A stretch of DNA of 47,899 nucleotides. Source: Armatimonadota bacterium (GTDB taxonomy: Bacteria; Armatimonadota; Zipacnadia; Zipacnadales; UBA5352). Below, one piece after another: positions 46,966 through 47,899 of this stretch. The stretch lies in the NCBI GenBank assembly GCA_051745855.1, contig JBNJEK010000003.1, positions 1 to 47,899 of the forward strand, in the 5' to 3' direction. Numbering within the stretch: position 1 is the stretch's first letter; every line of letters begins with the position of its first letter. The translations under genes were made by a program, and so were the position numbers. The notes under the pieces were generated by a model that saw nothing but the letters and a program-made list of their open reading frames with translations, was not told the origin of the DNA and did no database searches.

Positions 46966-47646
46966 TTATCTCTTTCCGGGGAAATCTCGCCCCGAGTCTG
47001 GAGTCCAGGCGCCTCGCCTGGACGCCGTTTCCGCTTCAGACGTCGGCCTAAGGCGACTCTCCGGGCGGGGGCGCCCGGAGTCCGGGTTCCTTGCTGAACG
47101 CTGCTGCGGCGCCGACAATCTCAGGATACACCCCATCGATCGCACCGTCCGGGATGCGATCGGTGGGTCCTGTCCGGGCGGCTTCTGCACATCGGTGATC
47201 CTGCCCACGATGGCCTCCGCCGGCACCGGGCCGAAGACATGGCTGTCACGAGCCTCGTTGCGGTTGTCACCGAGGATGAAGAGGTGATCTTCGGGGAGCG
47301 TCATCCGCGGGACTTCGTAGCCCATCTCCCCCGCAGCGAAGGGTTCCTCGACAGGCTCCGCGTTCAGGGTCAGCGTCCCTCCCTTCACGCGAATCTCATC
47401 ACCGCCGACGGCGACCACCCGACCGATCAGCATCTTCCTGTCGCGATCGTCGGGGGCGTGGTATGCGACGATCTCGCCTCGCTCGGGTGCAGCTTCGTCA
47501 TGCACAGACGCGTCGATGGCGATGATGTCGCCTCGCTCGATGGTCGGGGCCATGTCATCACTCATCATCACGTAGTTAGGCGGCCCGCATCCGGTGAGGG
47601 AGGCAAGCACGATGGTGGCGATGATCACGCGAGGCAGAAAGTTCAT
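46966..47646 (-). CDS. Signal peptidase I (S26) homolog; predicted lipoprotein with catalytic residues substituted
   Basis: MAPTI..GD, PERGEIV, GRVVAVGGD, FILGDNRNEARDSHVFGPVP..IVGR; lipobox LTGC. Confidence 0.85.
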   Translation of the reverse strand: MNFLPRVIIATIVLASLTGCGPPNYVMMSDDMAPTIERGDIIAIDASVHDEAAPERGEIVAYHAPDDRDRKMLIGRVVAVGGDEIRVKGGTLTLNAEPVEEPFAAGEMGYEVPRMTLPEDHLFILGDNRNEARDSHVFGPVPAEAIVGRITDVQKPPGQDPPIASRTVRSMGCILRLSAPQQRSARNPDSGRPRPESRLRPTSEAETASRRGAWTPDSGRDFPGKR

Positions 47647-47681
47647 GGCTGCTCCAGGCGGTGGATGTGGGCGCTGGCGTC

Positions 47682-47709
47682 ATCTTACCACGCCCGGGGC
47701 GTGGAGCAA
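47682..47709 (-). promoter_or_regulatory. Promoter of the signal peptidase homolog
   Basis: Minus strand TTGCTC-N16-TAAGAT with extended TG. Confidence 0.5.
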
Positions 47710-47758
47710 AGAATGAACGAGGTTGCCGGGCCTGTCGCTCGCGGAAGCGGGAAGGTCT

Positions 47759-47899
47759 CCCGATGACAGTGCATCGGCGGTCACCGCAAAAAGAAAGCCG
47801 CCCGATGACAGTGCATCGGCGGTCACCGCAAAAAGAAAGCCGCCCGATGACAGTGCATCGGCGGTCACCGCAAAAAGAAAGCCGCCCGATGACAGTGCA
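47759..47899. repeat. Perfect 42-bp tandem repeat with internal palindromes (at least 3.4 copies, runs off the window)
   Basis: Unit CCCGATGACAGTGCATCGGCGGTCACCGCAAAAAGAAAGCCG starts at 47759, 47801, 47843 and 47885 (partial). Confidence 0.97.

Noticed and set aside
47680-47868. 62-aa ORF made of TADALSSGGFLFAV repeats
   Set aside because: It is a translation of the 42-bp repeat, has no SD and overlaps a promoter.
47759-47899. CRISPR array
   Set aside because: The units are contiguous and identical with no variable spacers, and no cas genes are in the window.

Overview
GC-rich bacterial chromosomal window with an acidic-looking proteome. The lineage is probably Armatimonadota-like, inferred from protein architectures only. 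Most of it is housekeeping: sppA-polA-rpsA-coaE; uvrB-uvrC; aconitase; a B12 radical SAM / DUF2344 / Rne-Rng cluster; a KdgK-like kinase; rpsB-tsf-pyrH-frr-uppS; an iron ADH; a GT4 glycosyltransferase. Between coaE and uvrB lies an ~18 kb co-oriented operon of seven exported proteins (6283-24038) behind a near-consensus sigma70 promoter. Three large proteins in it have unrelated N-termini but share a ~420-460 aa C-terminal module ending in a FlgD-Ig-like domain. The rest are two paralogous CsgG/TolB-N-like proteins with an internal hydrophobic helix, a clan CD (clostripain C11) protease, and an Ig + LptD-like putative beta-barrel. This is the best candidate for an undescribed system: a C-terminal-domain surface sorting/secretion apparatus analogous to T9SS. 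Other oddities are a signal peptidase I homolog with a lipobox that lacks both catalytic residues, a degenerate GT4, a repeat-expanded S1 tail, and a perfect 42-bp palindromic tandem array at the window end. No rRNA, tRNA, CRISPR array or transposase was recognised.
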